A DNA stretch of 57,348 nt, filler included, from Sphacelaria rigidula (lineage: Eukaryota), in the NCBI GenBank assembly GCA_964200075.2. It is 8 parts of 8 records of this genome, joined end to end, with 100 filler letters (N's around TTAATTAATTAA, not from the genome) between each part and the next. Parts side by side here need not be neighbours in the genome. Positions count along the whole stretch, not along the records: positions 1 to 7,081 come from CAXNAA020016583.1; positions 7,182 to 14,262 come from CAXNAA020016584.1; 6 more parts are not named here. One strand, given 5' to 3'. This document shows positions 1 to 13,215 of this stretch, one piece after another. The translations under genes were made by a program, and so were the position numbers. The notes under the pieces are model-generated. The model was not told the origin of the DNA. It saw only the letters and a program-made list of their open reading frames with translations, and ran no database searches. Numbering within the stretch: the first letter of the stretch is position 1; the number at the start of each line of letters is the position of its first letter.

Positions 1-608
1 ATTTGGATGATGGCTTACAATGAGTTGCTTTATTATCTGGTATCGCCACTTCCAGAGACAGCCACGGCTTATACACTGCCTCATGGGTGTCTCACCACGA
101 CAGGGGGGAGGAGGGGGGGGTATTTTGGGCCGTTTCCTTCCAGGAATTTATCCTTGCAATCGTCATTGATAGTAGCAACGTTGTTCAAACGCGCCTGCTT
201 CCGATAAGTAACGCTCATTCATACTGCTTGACACCGCTTTTACCCAAATACCAGCGCACCGCGAGTGTGTTAGGTCGTCCGAAGCATTTACGATCTCATT
301 TTCTCGTGGTATCAAACACCCTCCTCCCCCCTGTCGTAGCATGGCTCCCTTCTTGCTTCTTCCGGTCGCGAGACTAGAGGAAATGGGTAGCCGTAAAAAA
401 AACCAAGAAAACATAATGGTTGGCATGGTGTACACATGAGAGGTGCCTGGATGAACATTTTGGCTGAGGTATTCACTTACACACTCGAACAAAGCCTTCC
501 CGATGTTACATGAGTACACGAAGGAACAACATTGTTGAGAGGCTGTTCGAACAGATTACTTTACCTACAACAACTCTGTTTGATAAAAACGTGCGTGTCT
601 ACTTACCG

Positions 609-953
609 CTACTGCGGCATCGTGGGTGCTATCGTGTACCTCTGGCTCCGTTGCTGACAACTTTGAGGTGTAGGTTGTGCTGTCCATGAAGGCGCTGAAG
701 CTATCGGCGGTGCCGGCGGTGCCCCAAGAGGCGGTGGCGTTGTACGGGCCTATCCCGTCTGCATCATCCTGGACCGAAACAGCCGCGACCGACGCGATCA
801 CAAACGTATGCTGACTTCGATAGCAGCAAAAACTCTGCAATACAAGTGCAAGAAGTAAAGCAAGAATGCCATATCCGTAGAGTTTGGGGGTCTTCCCACG
901 CCCTTCCCGCGGAGGCGTTTCGCTTAACTTTGATTTTCTCAAAAAACAACGAC
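609..953 (-). CDS. Putative exon of an uncharacterised protein with a single N-proximal hydrophobic segment (type II membrane-like)
   Basis: Open frame ...KTPKLYGYGILALLLALVLQSFCCY...HDAAVA, ending at a strong GCG|GTAAGT donor (~608). Candidate AAACAG acceptor ~954. No family motif recognised. Confidence 0.3.
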
Positions 954-959
954 CTGTTT

Positions 960-1170
960 AGATTGATTTGGTTTGATTTGATTGCCGTTCTTTAACTGGC
1001 GACCCATGGGTCCATGGGTCCAGCCGTGGTCGCGTGATCGACTTACCCAAGAAAAGCAACACTGAAACACTCATTCGAGAAAACGAAGGAGCAGAAAAAA
1101 GTCGAACAGAACGACATAGTAGACTGAGACGTAAATATATATATATAATTAAAATGAAGAAAAAAAGAAA
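960..1170 (-). repeat. 3' end of a non-LTR retroelement family with (AATC)n tail; related copies at ~16400-16752(+), ~17340-17490(+), ~26660-26730(-), ~40120-40225(+), 42789-42986(-)
   Basis: Shared core like ACCACG-CTGGRYCCCTGGG-GGTCAGYTAAGGTGCGAC, followed in most copies by CAAT repeats and preceded by T-rich 3'UTR-like sequence. Seen in four independent segments. Confidence 0.6.
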
Positions 1171-4100
1171 AATAATCCTGTGCTTCCAAAAAACGCCTAG
1201 ATGGATGGATTTCGATGACATGGCTAAGGCTCCTCCAATGGCACAAGTCCCGGCGTAAACCAGCTCGCAGCATGACCTTCGAGACAGCAGAGACCAACAA
1301 TGTTGTCCGAGCGAGACTGGTTGAAACAATTTGACCGGCCATTCTCTGATACGACAGGTCGCAGCACTCTTTTCCCGGGACACGTAGCGTACTACAGCGA
1401 TATATTATCGTACCTATCTGTAAACGGCGGCGTACGCGATGTGTCTACCCATGATGCGGGGAGATGTGATGTGCAAATTGCCATGCCTCGCTACGATCTG
1501 TCTCCATAACACATCAACAGCCGTCGACATCGATTTTTCGTACGTAGCAGGTCTCGACCTAACGATGCCGTTTGTCACGTTGATGTCCGGTCGTGCAGAG
1601 ACCCAAGCGCAATGAACTTGGAACAAGGCACTGTCCATTTCAGATAAAAACAGCCGATCATCGAAGTTGAGGAGGGAGTTTTTCATCGAGGATGATAACC
1701 CGGAAAATTCAAATCTTCCCATCCACAACAATTTTTCGAGTTATGATTATGTTCCTTAATCTGCTTGTAGCTATTGACAACTACTACACGCCATACAAGT
1801 TCGGATTCCGATGACCGATATTTGGGGGTCCTAGGTGAAATGAAAATGTTGGGAATTTACGTGATCCGGATGATCGGCTGTTGAAAGTGCTGTTTAACTT
1901 CCAGTCTTCGAATAAACATCCTTCAGAGACGAGATCACACCTCGATATTGACCACAGCAATCAGATCGCCCAGGAAACTCGGGAACATTCCTGGGACATA
2001 AACCGCTACGGTTAGCGTCTCGTCGGGGGTCTCCACCAGGTTATCGTCGGTTGTGTTGAGCAGATACAACACAGATGTTTCACCAGGAAGAAATTGCAGC
2101 TGTGCAAGAAAAACGACCCGAAAGGTGCACGCAAGAGAAGAAACAATGAGCACGGCATCCAGGAAAGTAACTTGAAGGCTATATGCCATACCCCGCTTCG
2201 TTAGTCAAGCGTGGTGGAGATTACTTCATTCTGCCTGTATATGCAAGACTACACCATTGCCAAAAAAGAGAAAGCAGTATTTACAGCGTGCTCGTAACAA
2301 CAACGAAAAATCACATTACTGAGCAGCCTCTGGATGAATGGGACAAGTTTTTGTGTCCCTCGAAGAGGCGTGTGAGTAGCGGATTTTGTAGCGGAAAGAG
2401 TCCTACACGAACACCATGATTGATGGTCGATTATTATCGTCATACACGTACGTACGAAAACAGTCATAGAATGCCAGGCTCTTCGCCGCATGTTCAACGG
2501 TGTACTGTTGTGATCTCCATATTTTCATATGCCTTGCGACCGCGGGTTAGAGAAATCGAGAACATGTGAAAGCAGTCAATAGAAATAAAAGTAAGCAACA
2601 GTAGTAATGGCAACAAAAGCAATAACATCGACGTAAAATACCAATGTTAACAGACAGATACTGATCACGATAATGCTTACGATCATGATGATACGGACGA
2701 TGGTAATGATCATACGAACTCCTGGAGGCACCGGATCTCTTTTCGGAACGACGCCTATACTTCATCTTCAACGTCGGTAATACCAACGCCATAGCTGGAC
2801 ATATCCTCTCCAAATCCGCGCACCAACCCTAATGACAACCTATCGTGTATTTCGTGATCCCGATCCCTGACTCATGTATTGTGCTGAATCGAAGCGAATG
2901 GTTAAAGATAAATTCCAGACCGTGGGTAAGATCGAGAACCCAAGGGTGATGCACTGCTGTTATAGTAGTGATATTGATGATGATGATAAAGAACGCGAAA
3001 ATAATAGGAAGCCGCCTCTCTTTGCTGCCAAACGAAATATTGCGCCACAGGCTCCACACTGTACACTGAAGAAAAGAACCACAGGGAAGCAAGAGAAAGG
3101 AAGGGCGATCGATGACATGTGTTCTTCTGAAAGTACTTTATTTCTAGAAAAATGTCTGATGGATCAGATTTACCGCAAACCCGGAAAAAGTGTTGTTCAC
3201 CCAGTATTACAGCGTACATATCGCGCTGACCTCGTCCTCGATTGGCGTATAGTCGGACAACCCTCGATAGTCAAACATGCCTCCCAGCCACAACGACCGA
3301 TTGTTGGAGCTACCGTAGTATTGCGATCGAGCGGTCGCTGTGCCAGCTCCCACCACGTCCGCCGCCGTTTTGAAGACAGGCACATCCGGGTAGGCCACGC
3401 TTAAGTCGAATACAGCCGCGATGTAATCCTATCGTAAGGAGTCGTGAAATATTCCAAAAACAGAAGGTAAACAGAAATACGCAATGAGGCAGGTTCACGG
3501 TGAGAACGAGCAACGTTGGACGATCGGCCAAACATAAACCGAACGCGCTTTGAGAACGAATAATCAGTTAGCAATCGTAGTGGGACTTTCCTTGTGTCCA
3601 TCCGTACATGCCAAGGGGAACCGACAGCATTCAGGCTAGCAGCATTTCACACACGGGATGCATGGGGGGAATTGAGGGCGCCGGTCGGGTCGAGGATCGA
3701 TGTCGGCCAGACTATGACAGATCATGATTCTTGTGTCCCCGCGATCTGCGGACCTGTGGTCGAACTCATCACACTTGAGGTCCATTGCCATCGACATCGT
3801 TTTTTGGAGATCTCAGAAGTATTCCGAATTTCCGGACTCTGCGATCAGACTTGTCGGAAAACGAAGCAGCCTCATTTTTCGAGAGATCCGAAAAAAATGG
3901 ATTGCAACGCAAGGCTTCAGATAGCTGCTCTATGTGTACGCCGTGGTGCTCGCAAGCGTTCGAGTGTCAACAGGTAACTCGCCCGTATCGAAACCTTCGG
4001 AGATCCTCGAAAAACAAGGATCGACAATAACAAGCGTAAGATAGGCGGGGAGGGGAGCTTAGGTCGGTGGGGGCATGGAGTGGAATTTGAGACAAGCACA

Positions 4101-6539
4101 GAGCTCGTGGTGCTGACTCTGTGGAATCGAAAAAGATCACCTGGAACTCCTCGTCGGCGTTTCGGTCCATGGATTTGAGGGTGAACACTTGTGTCGTCGT
4201 CAGCTTGGAGACCCTCGATATGTTCATGCTGCAGAGCCAGCACGATCCCGAACGTAGCCCCGCAGCCCCCCCCAAAAAGAAGAAAAAAAGAAACGGGGGG
4301 TAGAGATTCGGAACGGTGCAAGGAAGGAAGGAAGGAAGGAAGGAAGAGTATCCCGAACAATGAAGGGGTCGAAATGCTTCCATGTTCCGGCTACGAATGA
4401 TCATGGAACAGGCGCGGTACCGTCACAATTCACGAAACCGCAGCCCAGGGGTATGTATCATTATTCATCATTATACGCACGCGAACGTTGCTTCCGAGTA
4501 CAACAAGCCGGGAGAGTAGTAACAGTATAAGGAGGCTTGCAAGCGGTGTGAGGGAACCATCGATCTTTCGACGAAGATTCACGCAAGTTGAGGCCCCTCA
4601 TCCGGAAAGGTGTAGCACGTGCCCAAATTACCGAGGGGGTGATCGTACAGTGGGACGCGCGGGGGTGGGCACCGCTTCCGGCCCGACAGACCTCTTGCAG
4701 GCGTTGCTACAGGTAATGATGCTTATCTGAGTGCTTTCATGATCAACCCAACATACACGTCCGAACACCGCTTGATGGACGTCTTGGCCCACGGAAATAC
4801 CCACGCAAAGCGGGTGTTTATCATTGTATGACACACCAAACCCCGCTACTTGCGCTGCATTGCATGGCACCCCTACGATGGGATCGATCACTTACACCAT
4901 GAGGTGCAGGTCAAACGTATACTTTGGAGTACCATTGTATACATGCCAAAGATTTGCACCTGAGAGGATCGCCCTCTGGAACGGAGTAGTTTAGGCGATC
5001 GAACCGGAACGACAAAAAGTCGAGGTCAAACACCTCCACCGCTCCTGTGTTGAGGGATGTAAGGTTCTGGTCCTCCATAGACCTTTTTGGGCGTGCGTGT
5101 GGGATATGGACAAGTAACGGTGCGGCGATCGGGTGCGGTTGCTTCCTTTTTGGCTCTTTCACTCGCTTCTAGGCACACCGAAGCTCAGGACGATGATAAA
5201 TCGGCATTTTCGGGGCGCTTCAGTTATTGAGACGTACCGCGTTTTCGACTGTCGAACATGAGGCAAGCGGACAATATACTGTTTGTGCGGTCGGTTGTTT
5301 CATTTGGGCAGCGGATCAGTGCAAGAGCCTCGCACTATATACCTCAGTGACGGTTAGGGCAGCCGCCATCATAAATAACGCAAAACGCACGCCACAAGAA
5401 ATGTTTTGCAAGTTTGGCGTTTCATATAAAATTTTGCGAAATGTTTTCTGCCGATCGTGTTGTAATCTGCAAAAGGTCGTGAATGGCCTGTACTGCTTCC
5501 GAATACCGGTGGTACGGTATAAATAAATTTAGGTACCGCATACTGCATGTGCAGGAGAACCGGAGCATAGGCGCGATGATACCGGGGCGTAACTTCAAAT
5601 GGAAACTCGGCGTCTTGAAACAGATAGTTGAAGTGGTCGGGAGCCCATGAGCATACTTGTGCTAGTAGCTCCAACTCCTCTAGCGTTTCGAAGACATGGT
5701 GGAAATCAGCCCGTCGGGTAACAAGGGCTATTCGTCCGGAAGTGGGTATGTTCCTACCACCTGTCCAAATCACGCCGTATATTTTTGTGGCTGCTTCCTG
5801 CGCCTAGCCATATAATGCCTGGCCTAACCAGGATATCGATTCATCTCATCTCCCTCGCCAAAACCTCGCATGTATCTTTATGGGACCAAACCTCGCAACG
5901 TAACATCTCCCACACTGTTTCTATATTTCGTTGGCTTTGTAAACAAGTGATCTGATCAAATCTCAGCCTCACTCGTTGATTAACAAACTCGACTACTGTG
6001 AACACTTCCTCTAGAAGACGTGTTGCTGCCATCTAACACCCTCACTATTGTATGGGGTGAGGCTAGCAGATCTAGTGCTTCTCCCGCCCCTGCCCCCCGG
6101 TGCCTGAAACATCGGTAGTGCTGATATATTCATCTGTCAGTTGCCGGGTCAATCACAACCTTACCCGTGGATTGTGTCTCGGTTGGGCGCCCCAACAGCA
6201 GCGAATTGTCCCGAAACCACCACGGTTGATCCAAACAAATCCTGGCGCTGCTTTATCCACGGATACAAGAAGCACTGCTCGCGGAAAGTCGAATCTACAT
6301 CACCCGATGTCTGGGTGCAGAATGGCGGCGACAAAGCACGAAATTTTGAAGCGGGAGGCAAGTGTACCCGCAGCACAAGCGTCGCGTTGGATGGCTAAAC
6401 TGCGGGGAAAAACAGTGTTCTTTTAACACTCGATGCACGCACCATGGAACGGGTGACAGGTAGCTGACGGAACATATACTGTATGAAAAAAAAAAACCTT
6501 AGTTGTCTTCTCACGTCTAGAGTCAAGCCTACAAAATTT

Positions 6540-6990
6540 CCGTACGCCTGGAGGAAATGATTAAGCGCCACGCATGCTATCATCATAGCACGCAAAGTTG
6601 TGGAGAAGAAGACAAGCGGAGAAACACGGGTGTGAAGTGTGTGTGATGAATGCTGAGGCATTCAAGGTTATTTTCTTGAACCACTCGTGTGTGCAGTGCT
6701 CCTGACAAATGGGTAAGGGGCGACAGACCCAAGGATCCACAGGTAGAGACAAAACACCAGAAAAGTGAACGCGGTCGACAGCTTGACTGAGGCAAGAAGT
6801 CGTGTTCCGACTGGCGAATACACCCCGTTGCGTACGGGAGTATTCAATTTAGAGATCTTCGCATATGACGCCCTCGACGCCTGTAGCGGGCATTTGGGCG
6901 TACCCTCCTGAAGGAACCCTGCGATCGAACGTGGACCTAGGATCTGTGTATACGACGGTCATGGGACGACATAGGAAACTGTAACACATC
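6540..6990 (-). pseudogene. Decayed PIF/Harbinger-like DDE transposase C-terminal half
   Basis: Frame-shifted fragments in expected order: DPRSTFDRRV (~PGSTHDS), VICED (~IxGD), ILPY...HDF.PQSSCR (~LTPY...FNxxQSSxR), FSGVL...RPL (~FGxL...WRPL), ACLLLHNF / IACVALNHFL (~ACxxLHNF). Confidence 0.45.
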
Positions 6991-7081
6991 TTCCTTAACC
7001 CCCCCCCCCCCCCCCCCCCCCCACCAAGCGACACCAACCCGCTCCCCCGCTCGCGTCCGGGTCGTTCAGGGAAGGGAGGTG

Positions 7082-7181
7082 NNNNNNNNNNNNNNNNNNN
7101 NNNNNNNNNNNNNNNNNNNNNNNNNTTAATTAATTAANNNNNNNNNNNNNNNNNNNNNNNNNNNNNNNNNNNNNNNNNNNN
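7082..7181. other. Artificial spacer N44-TTAATTAATTAA-N44 (also at 14263-14362, 21444-21543, 28625-28724, 35806-35905, 42987-43086, 50168-50267)
   Basis: Seven identical 100-bp spacers, each with a 12-mer giving stops in all six frames, spaced exactly 7181 bp apart. Confidence 0.98.
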
Positions 7182-8097
7182 CAAGTGAATATTGATGCCG
7201 ATTCAGCAGGTGACCTACTCTCGCGGTCTGACGGTCAAGTCCTCCTGCGGAGTTTGGGGGGGGAAGATATTTTCGCTCTGTGTTACTCTTTCGTATCTTC
7301 CCTGCAAGAGAAAAATGCGACTTCAGCCCCATTTTAGTGTTGAACCCCAAAATTTAAAATCGGCTGTTACTATCGCTCGAGAGACTCGCATCATCGATGT
7401 TACCAGCATGTACCCAATTTTTCCATGTTGTGCCACGACACAGAGCTGCGGAAAGATTTCGTCTTTTCTTGCTTGATGCGAAGATCAATTTCTCTCTTCC
7501 TCTCTTTTTGGACAAGACGCGCGTCAGTGCACTGAAAAGCATGTCGTTGAAAAACAGGTCAATGTCCCCGTCACCGCTACTACTGTTCTCTGTCACACAC
7601 ATGCCAGCAAGGACGGTGCTGCGGTAATAACAACAGATATATCCAATTTGAACTTGGGGGGTGTTATTCACCGTTGATTTCCCCCGACGTCCCCCAACCG
7701 TGGTCACGAAGTGCAAGGAGCCTATCACCCATGACCATAAAACCAACAGTTGACAGAGAGTGCCTTCACACAAAACGGTGCAGTACACGAAAAAAGCGAG
7801 CCCGCAAAGATCGATCGAACTACACGGAACACACCGCAAGCTGACAAATTACCGGCGTGCGATCTAGACGACCAAATTACCACCTACTGCTTCATATACG
7901 TGTAGAAACAGCAAACAAACGCAGGAATCGACATGTCGCAGGTAGCGAGAACCATCCCGTAATAGACCTAGTAATATGGGAAAAGATTCCAGGCTGAAGG
8001 AATTGAGGAAGTAGCTTCATCACCGAAGCATCAACGGACTTGGCTCGACATCAGTATCAAGTGAGTTGGTCACCCCTCTTATTAGTTCGGTGTAACT

Positions 8098-8345
8098 TTT
8101 GTGTCGTTGTGTTTGTGTTGTCGTTCCATCTATTCTGGACGCCGGTCTACACCTTTCGATATATGTGGGCGCACCAGCCGGGGTCACACAGGAGGAAGGT
8201 CAACACAGGGGCTTTTTCTTTTTTTATTTGTTTTTAGTATTCCACCTTCCTTCTGCGGGGCTTGCCTTTATTTTCTATCGCGAGAGGGGTTCATCAGGTC
8301 CTTTCCCTCGTCGATCGTTAAGTCGATTTTTTCCCTACCCAGAGC
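8098..8345 (-). mobile_element. 5'-truncated copy of tRNA-derived SINE family A
   Basis: Matches the 3' part of the full copies at 28260-28613 and 40891-41250 (CCATCTATTCTGGACGCCGGTCTACACCTTTCG...CACCAGCCGGGGTCA...CCACCTTCCTTCTGCGG). Confidence 0.85.
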
Positions 8346-10439
8346 TAATCTAAGTTCGAGAAACTCATATGCTCCTGCCTTAGAAGCAGAAGATTCGTTA
8401 TGAATAGGAAATTGTTGAAAACTAAGGCCATAGTCTATAGAACTGAGGACACTCCTGATCCCCCCAATCTCGGCCCCCAAAAAGCACCGTGAAGAAGAAG
8501 GTGATTTGACCACGTTACTGTACAGAAGACGACAAACCGCCGAAAGAACCGTAGCCCAGTATGAGAAGAAACGATGCCGCTAAAAAGTCGCAGACGCTGC
8601 CGGAAGCTGACAATATGGATGATTTCGGATGTGATGAAGTCCGTCACGTTCCGAGTGTAGGCATCTGGTTTTGGAACGCATCGCGGTAGAAAGAAGGTGT
8701 GGGAAAGGGGCAAAGGTTTGTAGAGACGTGAACAAACGTGCAGGCTAGAGATTGCACTGAGGCATGTTGAAAGCAAAAAAATGGCTGTCACTGATGAAAA
8801 CAAGCATTGAAGGTGGGAGAGGGCAGCATGAAAATGGGATTATAGATGGTGGAGAGGGGGATGGACGGGGAAAAGAAATGTCTAGTTGTGGTACTTACCG
8901 TACACGGTGATTCAGTTTCCGGCTCCGCTCCTGGTAGCCGTGGGTCAGGTACCCTGTCGGGTAGGATCAGGTTTATAATTTTCAGGTGGAGGGTCGGTTT
9001 TGCTCGGTGGCGTCACGGGGTCGCCTTCGGGAGGGGAGGAGGAATAAGTATTGACTCGCGGTACTTTCTAAGGTGTGGAGTTGTCGTCTCTCGAGTAAAA
9101 CGCCTCTTTCTTCTGCAGCAAAAAATGCCGTTGGAAATCCGACAGGAGCTCGGTGGTATGGAGTGCTGACCCCGATGTCCACGCCACACGCAAGGCAGAG
9201 AAAGGGGACCAGTTTCCTGGCGCCCTTCAGGAATGGGTTTGTCTCCTGGGATACAGACGCGTGGGTAGTGCACACGGAGCACCTGTCGACGTTGAACGAA
9301 TCGGGAGAAGGACGAAGGGACGGTTGCGAAAATTTTAGCGAGGAAAGTACGGAAGGAAACATAGTTGTACTGTGAGCGAATGCGTGACGAACGAGTGTTG
9401 AAAGTAACGATGTCAAGTAGGTGGAAAAGGAAGAGAGTGGGATAAAAGGTTGCTCTCGGGAATCAGGTTACTCCTCGATGAATTAACAGTGGGAAAACCA
9501 CCGGCTTGTTAGTAACTGTGACATGCTATACAGGCAAGCGCAGCATGTAGGAGTGTATTGTATCGCGGTCACACAAAGAAGGTGAGAGGTCCCCTTCCAG
9601 CGCCCCGTTCCCCATGTGTGTTGAATCGTGGGCTGAAAATGGGTGATGTCAACTCCTGCGGGAAAGTACACCGAACACATGCATAAATGGGCTGGGAACT
9701 AGACCAGTTGATACTGTATTCTCCGTTGTATCTCCATTGTAACTGGACTTCAACTGAGAATGGCTGCGAGAGCGCCAGTTGTCCAGTTTATCTGCAGGTG
9801 TCGTGCCGGTTGTCGTTACCGAGTGTTTTATACTTCCTCTGTCCCGTAAGTCTGTATCGTTATGTTTGTACGAGCCCTTGACGATGTCCGATTTGATTTT
9901 CGATTTTTTGGTTACATTCGTTGGCGTTTTTTGAGCTAGAAACAACACTCTTCCTACAACGAGGGTGCTTGACCCGTGCAGCATCGCGGCCAAGAAAAAG
10001 GTAGGTCGGTCAAAATATGGCCTTTTTTCGTTCTTTTTCTCCTTTCAAGCATAGGAGACCCGGGAATCGCGAAAAATTGTGAAAAAATTGTGAAAACCGC
10101 AAAACCACCACTGATTTGGATATCTCCGTGACGTTAATCTGCGCACGCCCTATCAAACAAATTTTCAGCATGTAATCGCGAGTGCTCGACGTGAAAACGT
10201 CCAAAATCGGTCAACATCGGGGTATAAGTGGACCAAAAAGGGCCAAAATGGGGTATGTTTTGAAACGATTTAAGTATTGAAAACAAGTTTTTTTTTAGTC
10301 AGCTTCGTCTGCGCGCCATCTCTCTAACGAGCCAAACTGTAGGATGATCTTAAGCGTTGAAATACCTAAACGATTAAACGTCCATAACGATACAGACTTA
10401 TGGGACAGAGGAAGGATTAGTTTTACTATGTTGAGTTCA

Positions 10440-12170
10440 GAACAAAGAAACACTTTATTATATAATCAGACTGTATGATTGAAGTTTGCAGTCTACAGCA
10501 GCACAGGTACCACAAACTTCTTCGGTGCCTCGTTGTTCTTCAGTTTTCATCTACTGATGACAGCGGGTCGGTCGACGGTTAGTCAGTTGAATGAGGAAAG
10601 CGAAGAAATGAAGAAGTGTGACTTAGTTATGGTGCGATGCTTGGTGCGGAAGTGCCGAACTCCAAATCCCAATTGTCAATTGCATGAAGAGCGTTCTGAA
10701 CATGATGTAGGACATACCCACTACACCTCAAAGTGATGTAGCAGATATACTTTTACCACTACACCCGGCGGTCCGCGTTATCATGAACCCGGCGAGCCGC
10801 GAACTCGGCATCACTGTGCATGTCATGGGGCATCAACAAACAAAGCGGTAACCACGGCAATGTATTATATTGAGGGGCCGTGAAGAGGAAGGCATCTTAC
10901 GTGGAGATCAGAATACGTGCTGCCTCTCTCTTCGGGTGAACGACTGACTTGTGGAGCAATATGAAATAAATCGATGCCGTGGCATCAGGTTTTAATCAGA
11001 GGCCATAAGCAGGGAAACATCTTGCCCGCGCATCACAAATTACGTACTACTGCCTTTTTTCATCATGAAAAAAGGAGGCGTGACTCTCTGATGTCAGCCA
11101 AGTGAACCATGTTTTTCCAATCAAACGAGTCTGAACACTTAGACGGCGGGAGTAGGTCATCTGTTGAGTCGGCATCAATTACACGTGAAAAAAGTATAAA
11201 CGATCCAGATTGACTACCCTCCTCGCGGCGCCTCTGATAAGGATCGATGAGTACGGTTGCGCAGTGGCCTCCTGGGTAGTATGTTGTTAGGATCGAGAAC
11301 GCTACACCTTACGTATTTCCACAGCACATACCTACGGCGTCTCGTTGCATCGACCCGCCTCGCTCGTCGGTCCGCGTTATCGTGAACCCGGCGAGCCGCG
11401 AACTCGGTATCACTGTGCATGTTATGGGTCATCAACAAACGAAGCGTTGCCACAGCAATGTATTATATTTGGGGGCAATGAAGAGGAAGACATCTTACGT
11501 GGACATCACGAGTACGTGCTACCTCTCTCTTCGGGTGGATGGCTGACTTGTGGAGTAGTTGAAACAAATCGATACCGTGGAATCAGATTTTAATCAGGCC
11601 GTGTCTCATGAAGAAACATCGACTCGAAAACATGCGGTCGAATCGAGTTGGTCACTACGAGGCCGTATCAGATACGTCCACGGCATTTATGTTCTCAGAT
11701 CGCTTCAAGTCCATTTTATCATTAGTTGCGCGCGACAGGCATGCTCAAAAACAGAAAAGCTTAGTTTTTTCGAGCGAAACTAGCGGCGGAATCAACGAAT
11801 CGACACGTAACTCCCACGTTGCAGACAACCGTGCCAGCTGTTGTCACTGCGTATTTTTATATCAGTTTCATTTTGAGGAGTTTATAACAAAGAAATGCTT
11901 TATATGAGTAGACTGTACGATTGAAGTCTGCAGTCTACAGCAGCACAGGTATCACAACCTTCGTTGGTGCCTAGTTGTTCTGCAGTTTTCATCTACCGAC
12001 GATTCCGGGTCGGTGGACGGTGGGTCAGTTGAATGAGTAAAACGAAGAAATGAAGAAGTGTGACTTAGTTATGGTGGGACGCTTGATGCGGAAGTGTCAA
12101 ACGCCAAACCTCGATTGCCAATTATATGAAGAGCGTTCTAAACATGCTGTAGTACAGACATGTACCATAT
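10440..12170 (+). mobile_element. Duplicated, degraded DNA-transposon remnant, possibly a piggyBac-like transposase C-terminus
   Basis: Direct duplications: ~10468-10715 with ~11909-12155, and ~10768-11020 with ~11368-11620. Translation of 11241-11330 gives DR*VRLRSGLLGSM...YF (~RWWxRLFxxLLGM), followed by QCII..(K)RKTSY..LPL...TCG resembling a Cys-rich domain. Confidence 0.35.
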
Positions 12171-12958
12171 CCGAAAAAAATTACGGTAACCGGCGATCAC
12201 AAAATACACAAGCATTCTATTCAACGAGGCCGGTGATAATTTACGCTCTTTGTCCCAAGGTACCGCCGGCCTTGGCATACTTACTTGTTCCTATCTTCAG
12301 GTCCTCATGGAGAGTCTCTGCTGCTGCACACTACAGATTGATGATTTTCGAATGGCTTACCACGTTCGAAGACGTTTTCGAGCATCACAGGGCTCTCAGC
12401 AGCTCAATGTGAGTGGTCGCATTTTGTACAACTATTTACGATCTGTGCAGGGAAAATAGGTCAAACACCGTAATTTCTTCTGCCTCGGGCGGCGCTCCTG
12501 CGTGACTCCCCCCACCAGCCGGGAGGGGCGACTAACTGGAAAAAAATCGATGTACTGGCAACTGGCGCGGCCAGTTCCGACCGAGCTGAACAGAGCTGTT
12601 TGTTAACAGCCCTGACAATAACGCTATTTCTTTCGTAGGGTTAGGGTGTGTTCGGTAGGGTATAAGAAGAGTCTTCACAAATCTTTCAGAACTGACGAGT
12701 ACCGGGATGAAAATTCATACTTCGAGAAGTATAAATAGTCCATTTTCACAAGAGGAGCATAGTGGAGGATCAGAGCGTAGCGGGATCTGAGGGTTGTGAA
12801 TCGGGACGAATTTTCACAATGTGCAACTTTTGGCCAGCCGGATTGGAGTCAAGTCCGAATCCGAATATGCATAATCGGATTTACATTATTTTTCCGGTCG
12901 ACGGAAGAAAGTACAAAACAGCTGTCACTTGGCTGTCATATATTTAGGTAGAACCTAC

Positions 12959-13215
12959 CATGGTTCGGACGAATCATTGCCGATTCGAATAGCCAAATCC
13001 ACGATTTCTCAGGCCTGATTGCTCGAAAGAGAGAAAAAAGTCGACCGCTAATCGAACAGGTCTCCACGCAACTTTTTCAATTTCCACATGCCTGGGCTGC
13101 GCGTGCCTGGCTTGCAACGCTGAACACAAAGCATAAGGATTGATTCGCACCGTACGAATCAATTACACTAAAATCAAGTAAATTTCAGACGAATTATCAA
13201 TTCGTCCGACCCTGG
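12959..13215. mobile_element. hAT-like MITE
   Basis: Terminal inverted repeats CATGGTTCGGACGAAT / ATTCGTCCGACCCTG(G). Flanks GAACCTAC and GAACGTAC (7/8 match, 1-nt offset) fit an 8-bp TSD. Confidence 0.6.

Noticed and set aside
4141..4229. Isolated minus-strand exon (NISRVSKLTTTQVFTLKSMDRNADEEFQ)
   Set aside because: Plausible splice signals, but no partner exons or family motif to support it.
8270..8300. Hammerhead ribozyme core CTGATGA...GAAA on the minus strand
   Set aside because: No stem II pairing, and the 28.4 and 41.1 kb SINE copies have CTGCTGA.
8435..9416. Possible coding region on the minus strand
   Set aside because: No recognisable motif or consistent splice model.
12636..12646. 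Telomeric TTAGGG
   Set aside because: Fewer than two full units, internal.
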